Assembly (NCBI GenBank): GCA_047602425.1
Contig: JASGHG010000001.1
Location: 3,840,001-3,904,000, forward strand
Direction: 5' to 3'
Origin: Nibricoccus sp.
Lineage (GTDB): Bacteria > Verrucomicrobiota > Verrucomicrobiia > Opitutales > Opitutaceae
Length of the DNA stretch: 64,000 bases
Shown: positions 28,897-39,404 of the stretch, in pieces
Layout of the letters: every line of letters begins with the position of its first letter
Numbering within the stretch: position 1 is the stretch's first letter
Notes under the pieces: generated by a model
Database searches by the model: none
What the model was told of the DNA's origin: nothing
Seen by the model: only the letters and a program-made list of their open reading frames with translations
Made by a program: the position numbers and the translations under genes

Positions 28897-29640
28897 CTAG
28901 CTTTTGTACCAAAGGAAAAAGGCTGCGAGCAACGCGATGGCAGCAATATGATAAGCGATGCGTCGCATGCGGCGGCGCCTGCGCTGGAGCTGCTTGTTGA
29001 GCAAGTACTGCCGGCCGATTTCTCCGTTCGCCTCGGCCGCTTTCGGGCGGCTGAAATCGTGAACGAGCGTGGGATTTGCGATACGTTTGAAAGCGGCGAG
29101 AAAAACTTCCCATTTGATACCGCTCAACAGAGGCGAAAGCTGTTGGTAGGCGTAGCGCGGCTCCTGCACGAAGCGAGGGAAGTTGAGAAAGGTGAAGGGA
29201 ATTTCGTGCGCGACGAGGGTTTGGACCAAATCGTGAAAAACCGTCGCCAGCGCCGCTTTTTGTTTTGCGGGATCGTCGGTGAGCCAGAGGTCGCCGGGGA
29301 CGGTGCCGTCGCGGCCTCCGATGCGAACGCGGCTGAGGGCTGCGGCGTCCAAATTGCGAATCGGAATAAACGCGTGATCAATTTCCACGAGACCTGAGGC
29401 GAGCAGCGGGGCGAGCTGATTGCAAAGCGCCGGATTCTTCACGATGTAAGGCGAATCGGGATCGGTGATGTCGTGTTCCAAGCCCGCCTGACAGTGCTCG
29501 TCGAATTCCTTTTGCCAGGAATTCCGGGTGAATCCCGTATCGAGTCCGAGTTCCGTCAACAATCGCACGAGGAACGTCGTTCCAGTCCGGCCTGTGCCGG
29601 TGATAATTATTTTTCGGCGGAGAATGGTGGTTGAAGGCAT
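28897..29640 (-). CDS. Sulfotransferase-like P-loop protein with C-terminal membrane anchor
   Basis: IIITGTGRTGTTFL (PAPS-binding-like), VKNP, IR; C-terminal basic stretch and TM. Confidence 0.6.
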   Translation of the reverse strand: MPSTTILRRKIIITGTGRTGTTFLVRLLTELGLDTGFTRNSWQKEFDEHCQAGLEHDITDPDSPYIVKNPALCNQLAPLLASGLVEIDHAFIPIRNLDAAALSRVRIGGRDGTVPGDLWLTDDPAKQKAALATVFHDLVQTLVAHEIPFTFLNFPRFVQEPRYAYQQLSPLLSGIKWEVFLAAFKRIANPTLVHDFSRPKAAEANGEIGRQYLLNKQLQRRRRRMRRIAYHIAAIALLAAFFLWYKS

Positions 29641-29931
29641 GCAGCAGCTCCAGCCAAGGACTTTGACAGACCTGGTTTTTTTAAGGCTTTCGCCCTCCTT
29701 GATCGTAGAACTGACAACAAAGACGCGAAATCTCGTGTGCTGTTACTTAAATTTTGAGCTGAATTTTCAAACCCCCTTTAACAGCGAGATTACTGCCAGC
29801 ATTGGTGCTTTCTTATGGACCACCGGAGCGCGCGCAAAAGTACCGGCAACGTTTCCCCGGCTCTGGCTTTTTTACCAGAGACTCGAAGCCTCAAGAACAA
29901 CTTTCCCTCCGGAGAAAGGCCCGGCCGCTCT

Positions 29932-30975
29932 TCACTTTGGCGGTTGCAGATCGATGAACGTCGGCTCGTCGCGGTTGCAGGTGAGTTTGCCTTCCTGCTC
30001 GTGGAGTTCGACGACGAGGATGGAACTGCGCCGGGTGTCGACGGAGTCTTTCTTTTCGTTGCCGGGCGTGCGACCGGGATGGGTGAAATAGAAAAGATAG
30101 GCGCGGTCATTGTTCACGACGACGTCGCAATGACCTCCTTTGACGCCGTCATCGGCGCCTTTGCCTGGTTCAGCCAAAAGGTTCCCCCCTGGCTGGCGCG
30201 TCCAGTTGAGCAGGTCGTCGGAACGATAAACGGCGAGGCCGCGCCAGACGTCGGTGATCATCCAGAAGGAGTTTTTCCAGCGGAAAACCTTGGGACCCTC
30301 GCCGGGCTGGTCGTGCACGGCTTTGCCTTTGTCGGTCCAGATTTTCAGGTCGGGGCTGTCGGCATAGTAGATGGATTTGCGGTCCTTTTCGTTGTTGTAC
30401 CACAGCCGCCAGTTGCCGTCGGGTAGTTGATAGGCGCAAGCATCGATCACTTTGTCGGTGGCGAGTGTAAGCGGAACGGCGTTGGACCATTTGCGTAGAT
30501 CGGTGCTGGTGAGATGCACAATGGTGCGCGGATGTTTCCAGTCCTCGAAGACGCCGGGGACGACGGTGAGAAACATGTGGTGCGTACCATCGGGCGCGGT
30601 GAAAACGTCGGGCGCCCAATGGGTGGGATAGTTGCTCGCAAGCTCGACGGGCAGATCGATGTCGGCGGTGCCGAGGTACGACCAGGTGGCGCCGTGGTCG
30701 GAGGATTCGGCAATGCCGATCTTCGTGCCGTGAACCCAGGCGACGCCGGAAAGACCTTCGGCTTTGGCGCGGCGGTTGGTGTAGAACATCCACCAGCGTT
30801 TGACGTGGGGATTCCAGATGACGACTGGATCGGCTGCGCCGTCAAAAACGGGATCGCGGAAGAGCGGTTGCGGCGCGGGCTTGCCGGCGGGTTTTGCCGG
30901 CTCGGCAAAAGCGCAGATGGTGGCGAGGCAGGCGAGGGCGAAGAAAAACGGTTTCAGAGAGAGGCGCAAAAGCAT
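29932..30975 (-). CDS. Secreted five-bladed beta-propeller glycoside hydrolase (GH43/GH32-like)
   Basis: Signal peptide; GAADPVV, WAPDV, VIDA, GEGP. Confidence 0.75.
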   Translation of the reverse strand: MLLRLSLKPFFFALACLATICAFAEPAKPAGKPAPQPLFRDPVFDGAADPVVIWNPHVKRWWMFYTNRRAKAEGLSGVAWVHGTKIGIAESSDHGATWSYLGTADIDLPVELASNYPTHWAPDVFTAPDGTHHMFLTVVPGVFEDWKHPRTIVHLTSTDLRKWSNAVPLTLATDKVIDACAYQLPDGNWRLWYNNEKDRKSIYYADSPDLKIWTDKGKAVHDQPGEGPKVFRWKNSFWMITDVWRGLAVYRSDDLLNWTRQPGGNLLAEPGKGADDGVKGGHCDVVVNNDRAYLFYFTHPGRTPGNEKKDSVDTRRSSILVVELHEQEGKLTCNRDEPTFIDLQPPK

Positions 30976-31053
30976 GTTCCCATCTTTCGATTCCGCCGTC
31001 GCAGCGCAACCGCGCAGAAAAATGACCGTTGGATGAATGTATCCCGAAGGCAG

Positions 31054-31072
31054 AGTAACCCATTAGGTTACT
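31054..31072. repeat. Short palindrome AGTAACC-CATTA-GGTTACT
   Basis: Perfect 7-bp arms; same pattern as 60395-60421 and 60474-60496. Confidence 0.65.
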
Positions 31073-31194
31073 TTGTCTTTGGAGACGTTATTCGCCACAG
31101 AAAGCGCAGAAGACGCAAAAGCGGTGGGAGGGAGGGCGGATTCTTTGCGTATCTTGGCGGACTTGGTGTGAAAACGGTTTGGATCCGGGCCGTT

Positions 31195-31335
31195 TTGAAC
31201 AGAAGGCCGCGAAGGGAACGAAGCGTTTTTTGGGACTGCTCAGTCGAGTGTCTTGGCTCGGTTGAAGAATCGAGCAACGAACCTTTGTGCGGGTAGGTGA
31301 CAGCCGCTTCGTTTCCGTCGTTGGCTTCTGTTAAA
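31195..31335. repeat. Imperfect 31-bp inverted repeats with 9-nt GAAG periodicity
   Basis: 31195-31225 vs reverse complement of 31305-31335: 25/31. Confidence 0.65.
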
Positions 31336-34300
31336 TGGTTTTCCGTTTGCGCAGAGCGAAGACGAGGGCGAGGGCGCCGAGGAACCAAGTGCTCGGGGCG
31401 CCACCACCGCCACCACCGCTGGGTGGCGGGACTGAGCCGGAGGAGGAGCCGCCGCCTGACGAGGACGAACTGCTGGAAGACGAACTCGAGCTGCTCGACG
31501 ATGAACTGGAGGAGGACGACGAACTCGATGAAGAAGAACTGGAACTACTCGACGAACTGGACGATGAGGAACTGCTGCTGCTGGACGAGGAAACATTAAT
31601 AACGAAGGGCGAGCTGACAATCGTGGTTCCGCCACCGCTCGTCAGTACGGCCGTGTAGGTGCCGGAGTGGTTCGTTTGTGCATTGGCGACGGTGTACGAC
31701 AGTGAGTTTGCGCCGGGGATATCGAAGTTGTTGAGGCGCCATTGGAAGCCGGTGATGGCGGACACGCTCGTGACAGAGTTAAGGGTGAACGAGGAGCCAG
31801 GGACAACATTGGAAGTCGGGCCGGTAATACTGGCCGTAAAGACCGGCAGCGACGGCGACGCGGCGCCGAAGGTGTTGCCGGCGTAGCTTACGATGGTGGT
31901 GGCGACGTCGGCCGTCGGAATAAGCGCATAGGAGTAGTTCGGTGTGAACACGATGTCGTTGCCGGTGTCGGGCGCGATGCCGGTGCAGTTGGTATAGCTG
32001 TTCCCAATGATGCGCATGCGTCCACCTGCGAGCGTGGTGTCGACGTTTTCCTTGTAGATGGGACTTTTCACGGCGACATAAGCGTTCTGCTCGGAAAAGA
32101 ACTGCGAGAGATCGCGCGCGTTGGTAGCGTAGCTGTTGCCCGGGGTGTTCCAGTAATTGTTGAAAAGATGCACGTGCCCGTAGGTGCCGGATGGCATGCG
32201 CTGATCGCACAGGGTGGACCACCAATTGTGGTGGAGGGTGATGCGGAGCGGTTTGGTCTCAGCGCCGACGCTGCCCGAAATCATGGTGAAGCGGTGATCG
32301 GCCTGGGCGGGCGTGTAGTAGAATTCGCCATACGAAACGGTGACGTTGTCGGCGCCGTTGTTGATGTCGCACATGCCGTCGGCGCAATTGAAGAAGGTGC
32401 AATGCGTGACGTAGATATTGTTGGCGCCGTCGCGGATGGTGATGCCGTCACCGCCATCGATATAGCGGCCGTCGGTGCCGAGCGTGGTGCCGGGATTGGT
32501 GATATTGAGACCACGGATGATGACGTTGGAAATATTGCCGCTGCCGAGATCGAGGCAGCCGATGATAGTGGCGTCGCCGTCGATGCCCTGAATCGTTTTG
32601 TTGGAGCGCACGGCGACCTTGCCGCCGGAAAGCGTGAGCGTTCCGGAGATGGTGATGACCGCGGGGGCGGTGCCTTCAACCAAGGTTTTGAATTGCGCCG
32701 CAGTGGTCACAACCACGGGTGCAAGTGAACCGCCGCCGGTGGCGGAAGAGGCGAAGCCATCGGGCACGAGCGAGGCGTAGACGGGATTGACCGTGAGCGT
32801 TGCGGCAGCGCTGGTGGTGGAACCGGAAGTGTTGGTGATAAGGACACGGTACTGACCTGCCGCGGCTGTTTGGGCCTGAGCGATGGTATAGGATGGATTG
32901 GTCGCGCCGGTGATATTGGCGAAATTGGCGCCGCTATCGGTGCTCTTTTGCCATTGATAGTAGAGCGTGGTATCGCCGGTGGCCACGACAGTGAAGGTGG
33001 CTGAATCGCCCACGTTGATGGACTGCGAGGCGGGCGCGGAGGTAACAACAGGCGTGGCGGAACCGGCGACGACGCGGAGACCGAGTATGTTGCTCATGCT
33101 GGAACCGGTGGAGTCCGTCACTGTGTAGGTGAACCGGGCGAGGCCGACAGCGCCAACGGGCGGCGTGAAGGTGGCGGTTTTGCCGTCGGTGCCGAGTGCA
33201 ACCGTGCCGTTGACCGCACCGGAGACGGTGAAGACGGGACTGCTGGTGTAACCGCGGGCAAGAAGCGAAAGGTCAATGGAGACCGTGCCATTTTGCGGGC
33301 AGTCGGCATGCGGAGCGGCCATCCAATTTAGGAAGTCTTCGAGGTTCGTGTAACCGTCGCCATCCGGATCGGCATTGGCTTCGGAGAAATCGCCCGCGGC
33401 GGAGTTGGGGTTGAAGCCCTTCGCTTTTTCCCACCAGTCGGGCATGCCGTCGCCATCGGAGTCGTAGCCGGAGGCGCGGCTGACGGTCGGATAGTTTTCC
33501 CAGCCGCCAACGTCGGTTTCCACGTCGGGGAAGCCGTGTTTGCCAGTCACGCTGCCGCTATAGGTGTAAGTGCCGGTTAGGGTTTCGTTGACGATGCGGA
33601 TGTCGTGGTCGTCGAGCGCGGGCTGGTTGCAACCGACATCGGAGAGGACGCGCTTGTAGGCGTTGCCCGCGGTTTGGGTTGTGACATACGATGGGAAGAA
33701 TGCGGTGGTGACGAAAGTCTCGTAGGTCGGGGTGGGCACGCCGCTGGAAACGGTGTAGCGACGGCCGGTGTCCTGGGTGGTTTCGTCGAAATAACCAGGC
33801 ATGACATTGCCGGCGAAGTAGGCGCGCTGGGAACCGGCGAAGTCATTTTCGTGATTCATCGTCAGGGCGTACTGGAACAGTGTCGTGCCACTTCCAGGTT
33901 TGTAGTAGTTGTTGACGAAGTCCAATTCCTTGGTGCCGCCATCGGTGGTGCGCGAGCCCCAGTTGTAGACAACATTGTTGGTGATATCGAGGCGTCCGGC
34001 AAAGGCGGCGGAGGCGTCGAGTCCGCCAGCGAGCGACCAATTCCGGCCGTAGCAGTGGGCGAGGAGGTTGTGATGGAAACTGCCGATATCCCCACCGATG
34101 GAGGCGGCGTAGCCATGTTCCGTGCCGGCGAGATTGTCGAGGAACACGTAGTTTGGATGCAGGGCTTTGTTGAGGGCCTCCGAGATCAGCGTGTTTTGCA
34201 ACGTGATGTTTTTGGCGGAACGAGAGCTGAAGGCCTCGTCGATCGTCCAACTGATCGAACAATGGTCGATAATGCAATGGCTGCTACCCTGCATGCCCAT

Positions 34301-37300
34301 GCCGTCAACCGCCACGGCGACTTGCGCGCTGACAGGAGTGCCACTGGTGCCGTTGCTATTGGTGGAAATCATGACGGTCTCCAGCGTGCGACCGGGGCGG
34401 GAGCGAAGGTTGCGAATAATCACGTCGTCGGCACCGCTGAGACCGATCGTATATTTTTTAATGCAGATGCCTTTGCCGGGAGCGGTTTGACCGGCAAGGG
34501 TGATATAGTCGCTGTTGATGATGATCTTGGAGTTGAGCGTGATGAGACCCGCGATATCGAACACGATCGTGCGCGGCCCGGTTTCCTGTTCGATGGCGTA
34601 GCGCAGGGTTCCTGGGACCGGCGTGTCGGACGTTGTGTAATCGGCAAGCGAAGTCACATGGACGACTTTGCCGCCACGTCCGCCGCGGGCGAAACGACCA
34701 TAACCTTCCGCTCCCGGGAAGGCCAGGTGGCGCGGACGGAAGTACCAGACGGTGCCCTTGCTGACATTGCCCGAGGCATCGATCTCGTCGATGCGCCAGT
34801 AGTAGGTCGCGAACGGATTGGAGGCGGTTGCGGTGTAGCTAGTCGTGGTTTGGTTGCCCTTGAATTCGGCCGAAGCGTGGGTGGCGGATTGAACGGCGGC
34901 TTTGGAAGTCCCGAAATAGACGTCGTGCGAAACGGCCGTGCCGGCGGTGGCGGCAGCCCAGCTCAGCACGGTGGTTCCGCTGTCACAGTCGACATGTTCG
35001 TCGGCGTCGACGGGGGCGGGGGTGTTGGCGATGCGGGTGGAGTTGGGTGTGTCGATTTCAAAGCCGTTGATGACAACGTTCTTGGTTGTGGCGGTGGACG
35101 TGGTGTCGGCGGCAAAGAGGATCGTGGTGACGTCGGTCGGGGCGCCGACGGTGAATTCCAGATAGGAAATGGGTGCGGTGGTATCGGTGGCGCGTATGGT
35201 CGGCGTAACGGACGTGACATAGGTGCCATTGAGGGAAACCTGGATTGGCGCCATCGAAACAAGCGCAGTCTGGGCGTCGCCGGCGTTGTGGTAGGTGAGC
35301 AAACTATGACTGCCGGGGGCAAGACCGGTGATCGTCATTTGAATTTGGCCCCCGGCATTGGCGACGGCGGGGGCGACAGTCACGCCATCGCTGACGAGCT
35401 TCTGGCCCTCGGTGGTGGTTCCGGTTGCGTAATAGGTAAACGTAAGCCCGGTGCCGCCGGCGGTCTGGGAGGCGGCGGTTTGCGCGAGGCTGACGCTGAC
35501 GGTAGTGCCGGCGGCGGAGGTGAAGGTCTGCGTGACAGAAGCGGTTCCGGTGGTGGAAACGCCCGTGCTGGCTGCGGTGGTCCACTGCGTGTAGCCCGTG
35601 GCGGTGGTCGAGGCGCTGTTTTTGCCTTCGCGGTTGATATCGACCTTGAGCACGTCGGCTCCGCTCGAGCTGGAGGAACCGGAGGAGGATGAAGACGAAG
35701 AGGACGAACTACTGGACGAAGAACTCGAGCTGCTGGAAGACGAGGATGAGGAACTCGACGAAGACGAACTCGAGCTGCTCGATGATGAAGAGCTTGAAGA
35801 AGAGCTGCTTGAAGACGAACTGCTCGATGAAGAAGATCCGCCGTCGACGGTCAGTGTGGCGGCATTGCTGCTGGTGGAACCGGCGGAATTAGTGATAGTG
35901 ACTGTATAATTGGCGGCATCGGCAGCGGTGACTGAAGCGATGGTGTAGCTGCTCGTCGTAGCACTGGGGATGACCGCACCGTTTTTGTACCATTGATAGC
36001 TTAATGTTTGGGCGCCATTGGCGATGACCGAGAAAACGGCTTGTTGGCCGGACGCCAAAGATTGTAAGACCGGTTGGGAATGGATGATAGGAAGCACAGC
36101 GGGTACCCAGCCATCGCCTGCGGCGGTAGCGGGTGTGCTATCGCTCGTGGTGCCGAAGAAATAGGCGGGATTGCGCAGAAGGATGGCTTCGGCGGACGTA
36201 AGCTGGCGGCTGTAGGAAGCCCGCTGACTTATATCGACAGGCGTGGTGCCAGTGAGGTCGGTGGATTGATATTCCCAGTTGCGCGTGTTCGCGATGTAGG
36301 TGGCATTGATGAAGGAGGAAGACCAGCCGACAGCGGAAACATGAGCATCCATCCGGCAATTGATGAAAATCGGATTTCCGTACGTGGTGGCGTCGACGGA
36401 CGTGCGGCCGAGACTGTAACTGAACGAGCTGCCTGACGGGCGGGTAATCGTGCAATCGATGAAACCGAAGCCGAACTTGTTGGCAGGTGTGCGCGCCTGG
36501 GTCAGGTCGCCGCCATTTATGCAACGCAGTTCGCAATTCTTGAACATGGCGGTGCCGCCTCCCCAAACGAAATCGGTGTCGCCTTGAATGAGGCAATCTT
36601 GGAAATAGTTGCCGGCACCGAGTAGCAGCGTGTCTTGAAAACTCTTGATCGTGCATCCGAGAAAACAATTGCGCGCGCCATCGCTCCGCAAAGCCTCGGC
36701 CTGGCCGCCGCCCTTCGGTGTACTATTGTTAATGGTTAGGTTTGCGATGACGAGGTCGTTGCCCTTTGCGAAGAAACTCACGCGCAGGGTGGTGTCGCTA
36801 TTGAGAGGAGCGTTGTTGGGATATTCGACGACGGTTTGGTCGCGGTTTTCGCCGACGAGGGTGATTTGGTGGCGATTGCCGTAGTTAATGATCTCCTCGT
36901 AGATGCCATTGCGCAGATTAATCCGCACCGGCGTGGTGTTGCCCGTCGGGATGAAATCCAAGGCTCCCTGCAACGTGGAGAAATCGCCGCTGCCGTCGCT
37001 GGCCACGGTGAAGGTCGTTTGGGTGGGCACGCTGGTTGGAGCCGAGGACTTCGTGGTGAATGTCCACGCGGTTTTTCCAGTGACGGCGGGCAATGTGGCG
37101 CCGGTGGAGTCGAGGATGGCGCCTGGTTCGATATTTACATAATAAGAAGTGTTGTAACCCAGCACGGTACCAGACTTCAGCGTGATGCGGGCCTCGTTGC
37201 CGACGATCAATACCGGGAAGTATTTATAATTAGTGCTGCCGCCGGAGCCGCCGATATTTTTGGTTTGGTAGCGATAAGCGATGGACGCATTCGTGAACAG

Positions 37301-39154
37301 CGTGAGGGCCGCGAGGTCGATCGTTTCAACGACAGAATCGTCCGATGTTTTACGGACTGTAATTTTGCCGGTTTCGCCGAGGCGGGGTGCTGACGTGAAA
37401 CGCACGACAAGTGGCGTGTCGGGATTGATGGCTGTTGCACTGTTGCTCGGTCCGAAAACAACGGTCTGGGCGGTGGAAATACCGACATAAACGACATTGC
37501 TGGTGACCGAACCGGCAGAATTTGACGCCGTTACCGTATAATATCCGGAGTTTGCTGCGGAGAAATTGGAGATTTGGATCGTGTCTGTAGTGGCGCCGCT
37601 GATACCGGAGCCATCGCTCACGGCGGCTCCATTGAGCTTCCAGACGTAAGTTGTGGGAACGGGCGTGCCCGATCCCGCGTCCGCGACCACGCTGATCGAG
37701 GTCGTCGCGCCAGCCGTGACGACGGTGCTCAAGGGCTGGGTGGTGATAACAGGTTTTACGGTAAGGGTCGCCGCGTCGCTCACGGCATCAGGAGGCACGC
37801 CATTCTGAACCTTTACGCGGTAGTAACCGGCATCCGCGGTTTGGACATTGAGGATTTGCAGCTGAGACGAGTTCGAGCCAGGGATATCGGTGAACGTGAC
37901 GTTGTCTGAGCTCTTCTGCCAAGAATAGGTGAGAGGCGAGGTACCACTGGCGACGACACTAAAAGTTACAGTTCCGTTAATGGATGCTGTTTGGCTCACA
38001 GGCTGGCTGGAAATCCCAGGAGCGACCGCCGAGGAAGAAAGCGAAAGTGCGCACGTGGTGCTGGTTGTCGGTCCGCCCTGACTCGTTACGACCACGTCGT
38101 ACGATCCTTGATCGGCATTTGTCACGCCGTTCAGTACCAGGGTGGCGGTCGCCGCGCTGGGGTTGGCCACCGTATCGATGGGTGCTCCGTCTTTGCGCCA
38201 GCGATAGGCGAGATCGGTGAAAGGACTGGCGAGGCCAACGGTGCCGTTGAGAACCGCCGTCGCGGGGATCGAAGCCGTGCCGCCGGAGACGACAGTCATT
38301 GTCGGTGGCGGCTGGGCTGTGATGGTTGCGAGCGGGAAACGAATGATTTGGAAACCATTCAGGAAATTCTGCCCGCTGGTATGTTTTGACTGGGTGATGA
38401 CGAGCGTACCGGTGCCGTCCGATTTCCCATGAAGAACATTCCAGCCATTGCCGATAGCGATTGGATTTCCATTTGCATCCAGAACCGAAACGGGAGAAGC
38501 CAGACCGGCGCTGAGTGCGGATGCGGGATTTGTGCTCCATACATTGGCAGCGGCCAAAGTAACAGTTGTCCCTTGGTTGGTGGCATTTCCGGAGCCGTAA
38601 AAGTAAACGTCGTAAGCGGCATTCGCGTCGGGAAGGCCGGCGATTGTATAAACAATGGAATTTTCGCCCCGCTGCTGACGCCATGCACTGCCCATCAAGC
38701 CCGCGGGATTGGGGCTCGCGCCGGACTGGCTGACGTTGGATATGCCATCGTTGTTCGACGCGGCGAAATTGATCGTGACATTGACGGTGACCGGACTGGC
38801 GGCGCCTGTTGAATCGACCAGGCTTTTGGGAGCCGCGTAAAGGTTGTAGGTGCCGAGAGCGCTCGCGGCCTTGGGATTTCCGATATTGCCGGGTGGATTC
38901 AGCACCGAGGTGACGGCGGGAAATTCATTCCAAATGATGCCGGTGTTGGTCTGCGCTGCCGCGCTGTAGCTTCCTCCGGCCGGAGGTGCAATTGTGGCCG
39001 TGGCGGCTGCCGCGGTATTGCTGCTGAGATGCACAAAATAGCCGCGTCCGCTTTGGGCATGAACAGGCAACGCGACAAAAACAAGGCCCAGCATTACGAA
39101 GAATGTTTTGGCGATTGAATGAGGATAGGGCCTGGTGGGGACGGTGTGGGGCAT
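31331..39154 (-). CDS. Giant secreted multi-enzyme pectin degrader: Ig domains, CE8 pectin methylesterase, two PL1 pectate lyases, poly-Ser linkers, GlyGly-CTERM-like tail
   Basis: CE8: VASDGSGDFSTLQ, QAEAL, QDTL, DFVWG, LGR; PL1: AFPGAEGYG..ARGGRGG, IDHCS; second PL1: SNKTIQG, GDGI, DGMCD, TLHHNWW, QRMP; tail GGGGGAPSTWFLGALALVFALRKRK; start uncertain (39154 or 39181). Confidence 0.88.
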   Translation of the reverse strand: MPHTVPTRPYPHSIAKTFFVMLGLVFVALPVHAQSGRGYFVHLSSNTAAAATATIAPPAGGSYSAAAQTNTGIIWNEFPAVTSVLNPPGNIGNPKAASALGTYNLYAAPKSLVDSTGAASPVTVNVTINFAASNNDGISNVSQSGASPNPAGLMGSAWRQQRGENSIVYTIAGLPDANAAYDVYFYGSGNATNQGTTVTLAAANVWSTNPASALSAGLASPVSVLDANGNPIAIGNGWNVLHGKSDGTGTLVITQSKHTSGQNFLNGFQIIRFPLATITAQPPPTMTVVSGGTASIPATAVLNGTVGLASPFTDLAYRWRKDGAPIDTVANPSAATATLVLNGVTNADQGSYDVVVTSQGGPTTSTTCALSLSSSAVAPGISSQPVSQTASINGTVTFSVVASGTSPLTYSWQKSSDNVTFTDIPGSNSSQLQILNVQTADAGYYRVKVQNGVPPDAVSDAATLTVKPVITTQPLSTVVTAGATTSISVVADAGSGTPVPTTYVWKLNGAAVSDGSGISGATTDTIQISNFSAANSGYYTVTASNSAGSVTSNVVYVGISTAQTVVFGPSNSATAINPDTPLVVRFTSAPRLGETGKITVRKTSDDSVVETIDLAALTLFTNASIAYRYQTKNIGGSGGSTNYKYFPVLIVGNEARITLKSGTVLGYNTSYYVNIEPGAILDSTGATLPAVTGKTAWTFTTKSSAPTSVPTQTTFTVASDGSGDFSTLQGALDFIPTGNTTPVRINLRNGIYEEIINYGNRHQITLVGENRDQTVVEYPNNAPLNSDTTLRVSFFAKGNDLVIANLTINNSTPKGGGQAEALRSDGARNCFLGCTIKSFQDTLLLGAGNYFQDCLIQGDTDFVWGGGTAMFKNCELRCINGGDLTQARTPANKFGFGFIDCTITRPSGSSFSYSLGRTSVDATTYGNPIFINCRMDAHVSAVGWSSSFINATYIANTRNWEYQSTDLTGTTPVDISQRASYSRQLTSAEAILLRNPAYFFGTTSDSTPATAAGDGWVPAVLPIIHSQPVLQSLASGQQAVFSVIANGAQTLSYQWYKNGAVIPSATTSSYTIASVTAADAANYTVTITNSAGSTSSNAATLTVDGGSSSSSSSSSSSSSSSSSSSSSSSSSSSSSSSSSSSSSSSSSSSSSSSSSSSSGSSSSSGADVLKVDINREGKNSASTTATGYTQWTTAASTGVSTTGTASVTQTFTSAAGTTVSVSLAQTAASQTAGGTGLTFTYYATGTTTEGQKLVSDGVTVAPAVANAGGQIQMTITGLAPGSHSLLTYHNAGDAQTALVSMAPIQVSLNGTYVTSVTPTIRATDTTAPISYLEFTVGAPTDVTTILFAADTTSTATTKNVVINGFEIDTPNSTRIANTPAPVDADEHVDCDSGTTVLSWAAATAGTAVSHDVYFGTSKAAVQSATHASAEFKGNQTTTSYTATASNPFATYYWRIDEIDASGNVSKGTVWYFRPRHLAFPGAEGYGRFARGGRGGKVVHVTSLADYTTSDTPVPGTLRYAIEQETGPRTIVFDIAGLITLNSKIIINSDYITLAGQTAPGKGICIKKYTIGLSGADDVIIRNLRSRPGRTLETVMISTNSNGTSGTPVSAQVAVAVDGMGMQGSSHCIIDHCSISWTIDEAFSSRSAKNITLQNTLISEALNKALHPNYVFLDNLAGTEHGYAASIGGDIGSFHHNLLAHCYGRNWSLAGGLDASAAFAGRLDITNNVVYNWGSRTTDGGTKELDFVNNYYKPGSGTTLFQYALTMNHENDFAGSQRAYFAGNVMPGYFDETTQDTGRRYTVSSGVPTPTYETFVTTAFFPSYVTTQTAGNAYKRVLSDVGCNQPALDDHDIRIVNETLTGTYTYSGSVTGKHGFPDVETDVGGWENYPTVSRASGYDSDGDGMPDWWEKAKGFNPNSAAGDFSEANADPDGDGYTNLEDFLNWMAAPHADCPQNGTVSIDLSLLARGYTSSPVFTVSGAVNGTVALGTDGKTATFTPPVGAVGLARFTYTVTDSTGSSMSNILGLRVVAGSATPVVTSAPASQSINVGDSATFTVVATGDTTLYYQWQKSTDSGANFANITGATNPSYTIAQAQTAAAGQYRVLITNTSGSTTSAAATLTVNPVYASLVPDGFASSATGGGSLAPVVVTTAAQFKTLVEGTAPAVITISGTLTLSGGKVAVRSNKTIQGIDGDATIIGCLDLGSGNISNVIIRGLNITNPGTTLGTDGRYIDGGDGITIRDGANNIYVTHCTFFNCADGMCDINNGADNVTVSYGEFYYTPAQADHRFTMISGSVGAETKPLRITLHHNWWSTLCDQRMPSGTYGHVHLFNNYWNTPGNSYATNARDLSQFFSEQNAYVAVKSPIYKENVDTTLAGGRMRIIGNSYTNCTGIAPDTGNDIVFTPNYSYALIPTADVATTIVSYAGNTFGAASPSLPVFTASITGPTSNVVPGSSFTLNSVTSVSAITGFQWRLNNFDIPGANSLSYTVANAQTNHSGTYTAVLTSGGGTTIVSSPFVINVSSSSSSSSSSSSSSSSSSSSSSSSSSSSSSSSSSSSSSSSSSSSSGGGSSSGSVPPPSGGGGGGAPSTWFLGALALVFALRKRKTI
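31458..31592 (-). repeat. Poly-serine linker (mixed Ser codons)
   Basis: Long Ser run before the C-terminal sorting tail. Confidence 0.85.
35663..35836 (-). repeat. Poly-serine linker (mixed Ser codons)
   Basis: Long Ser run between the CE8 half and the PL1 half. Confidence 0.85.
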
Positions 39155-39404
39155 GGCGAGAAACGGTTTATCAATGCGCAAGCGGACCTGCGAAAATTTA
39201 GCTGCGATCTGGCAGTTGGGGGAGGGAGGGGCTGGATGGCCGTGTGAAAAATCACGGCTGGTGATGCACGCTCAGCAAAAGCACAGGCTTGCGGAACGGG
39301 CAACGGGAGCCTAGTTCACATCGTTGACCAAAGTCGGGGAAACACCCCGGGCCTGTCATGGGAAATCCATTTGCGCGAATGAGAGCTGTTCGTAACGTTG
39401 GATT

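Noticed and set aside
31335..31658. Acidic E/D/L-repeat ORFs (also 35598-35909)
   Set aside because: Antisense shadows of the poly-Ser linkers
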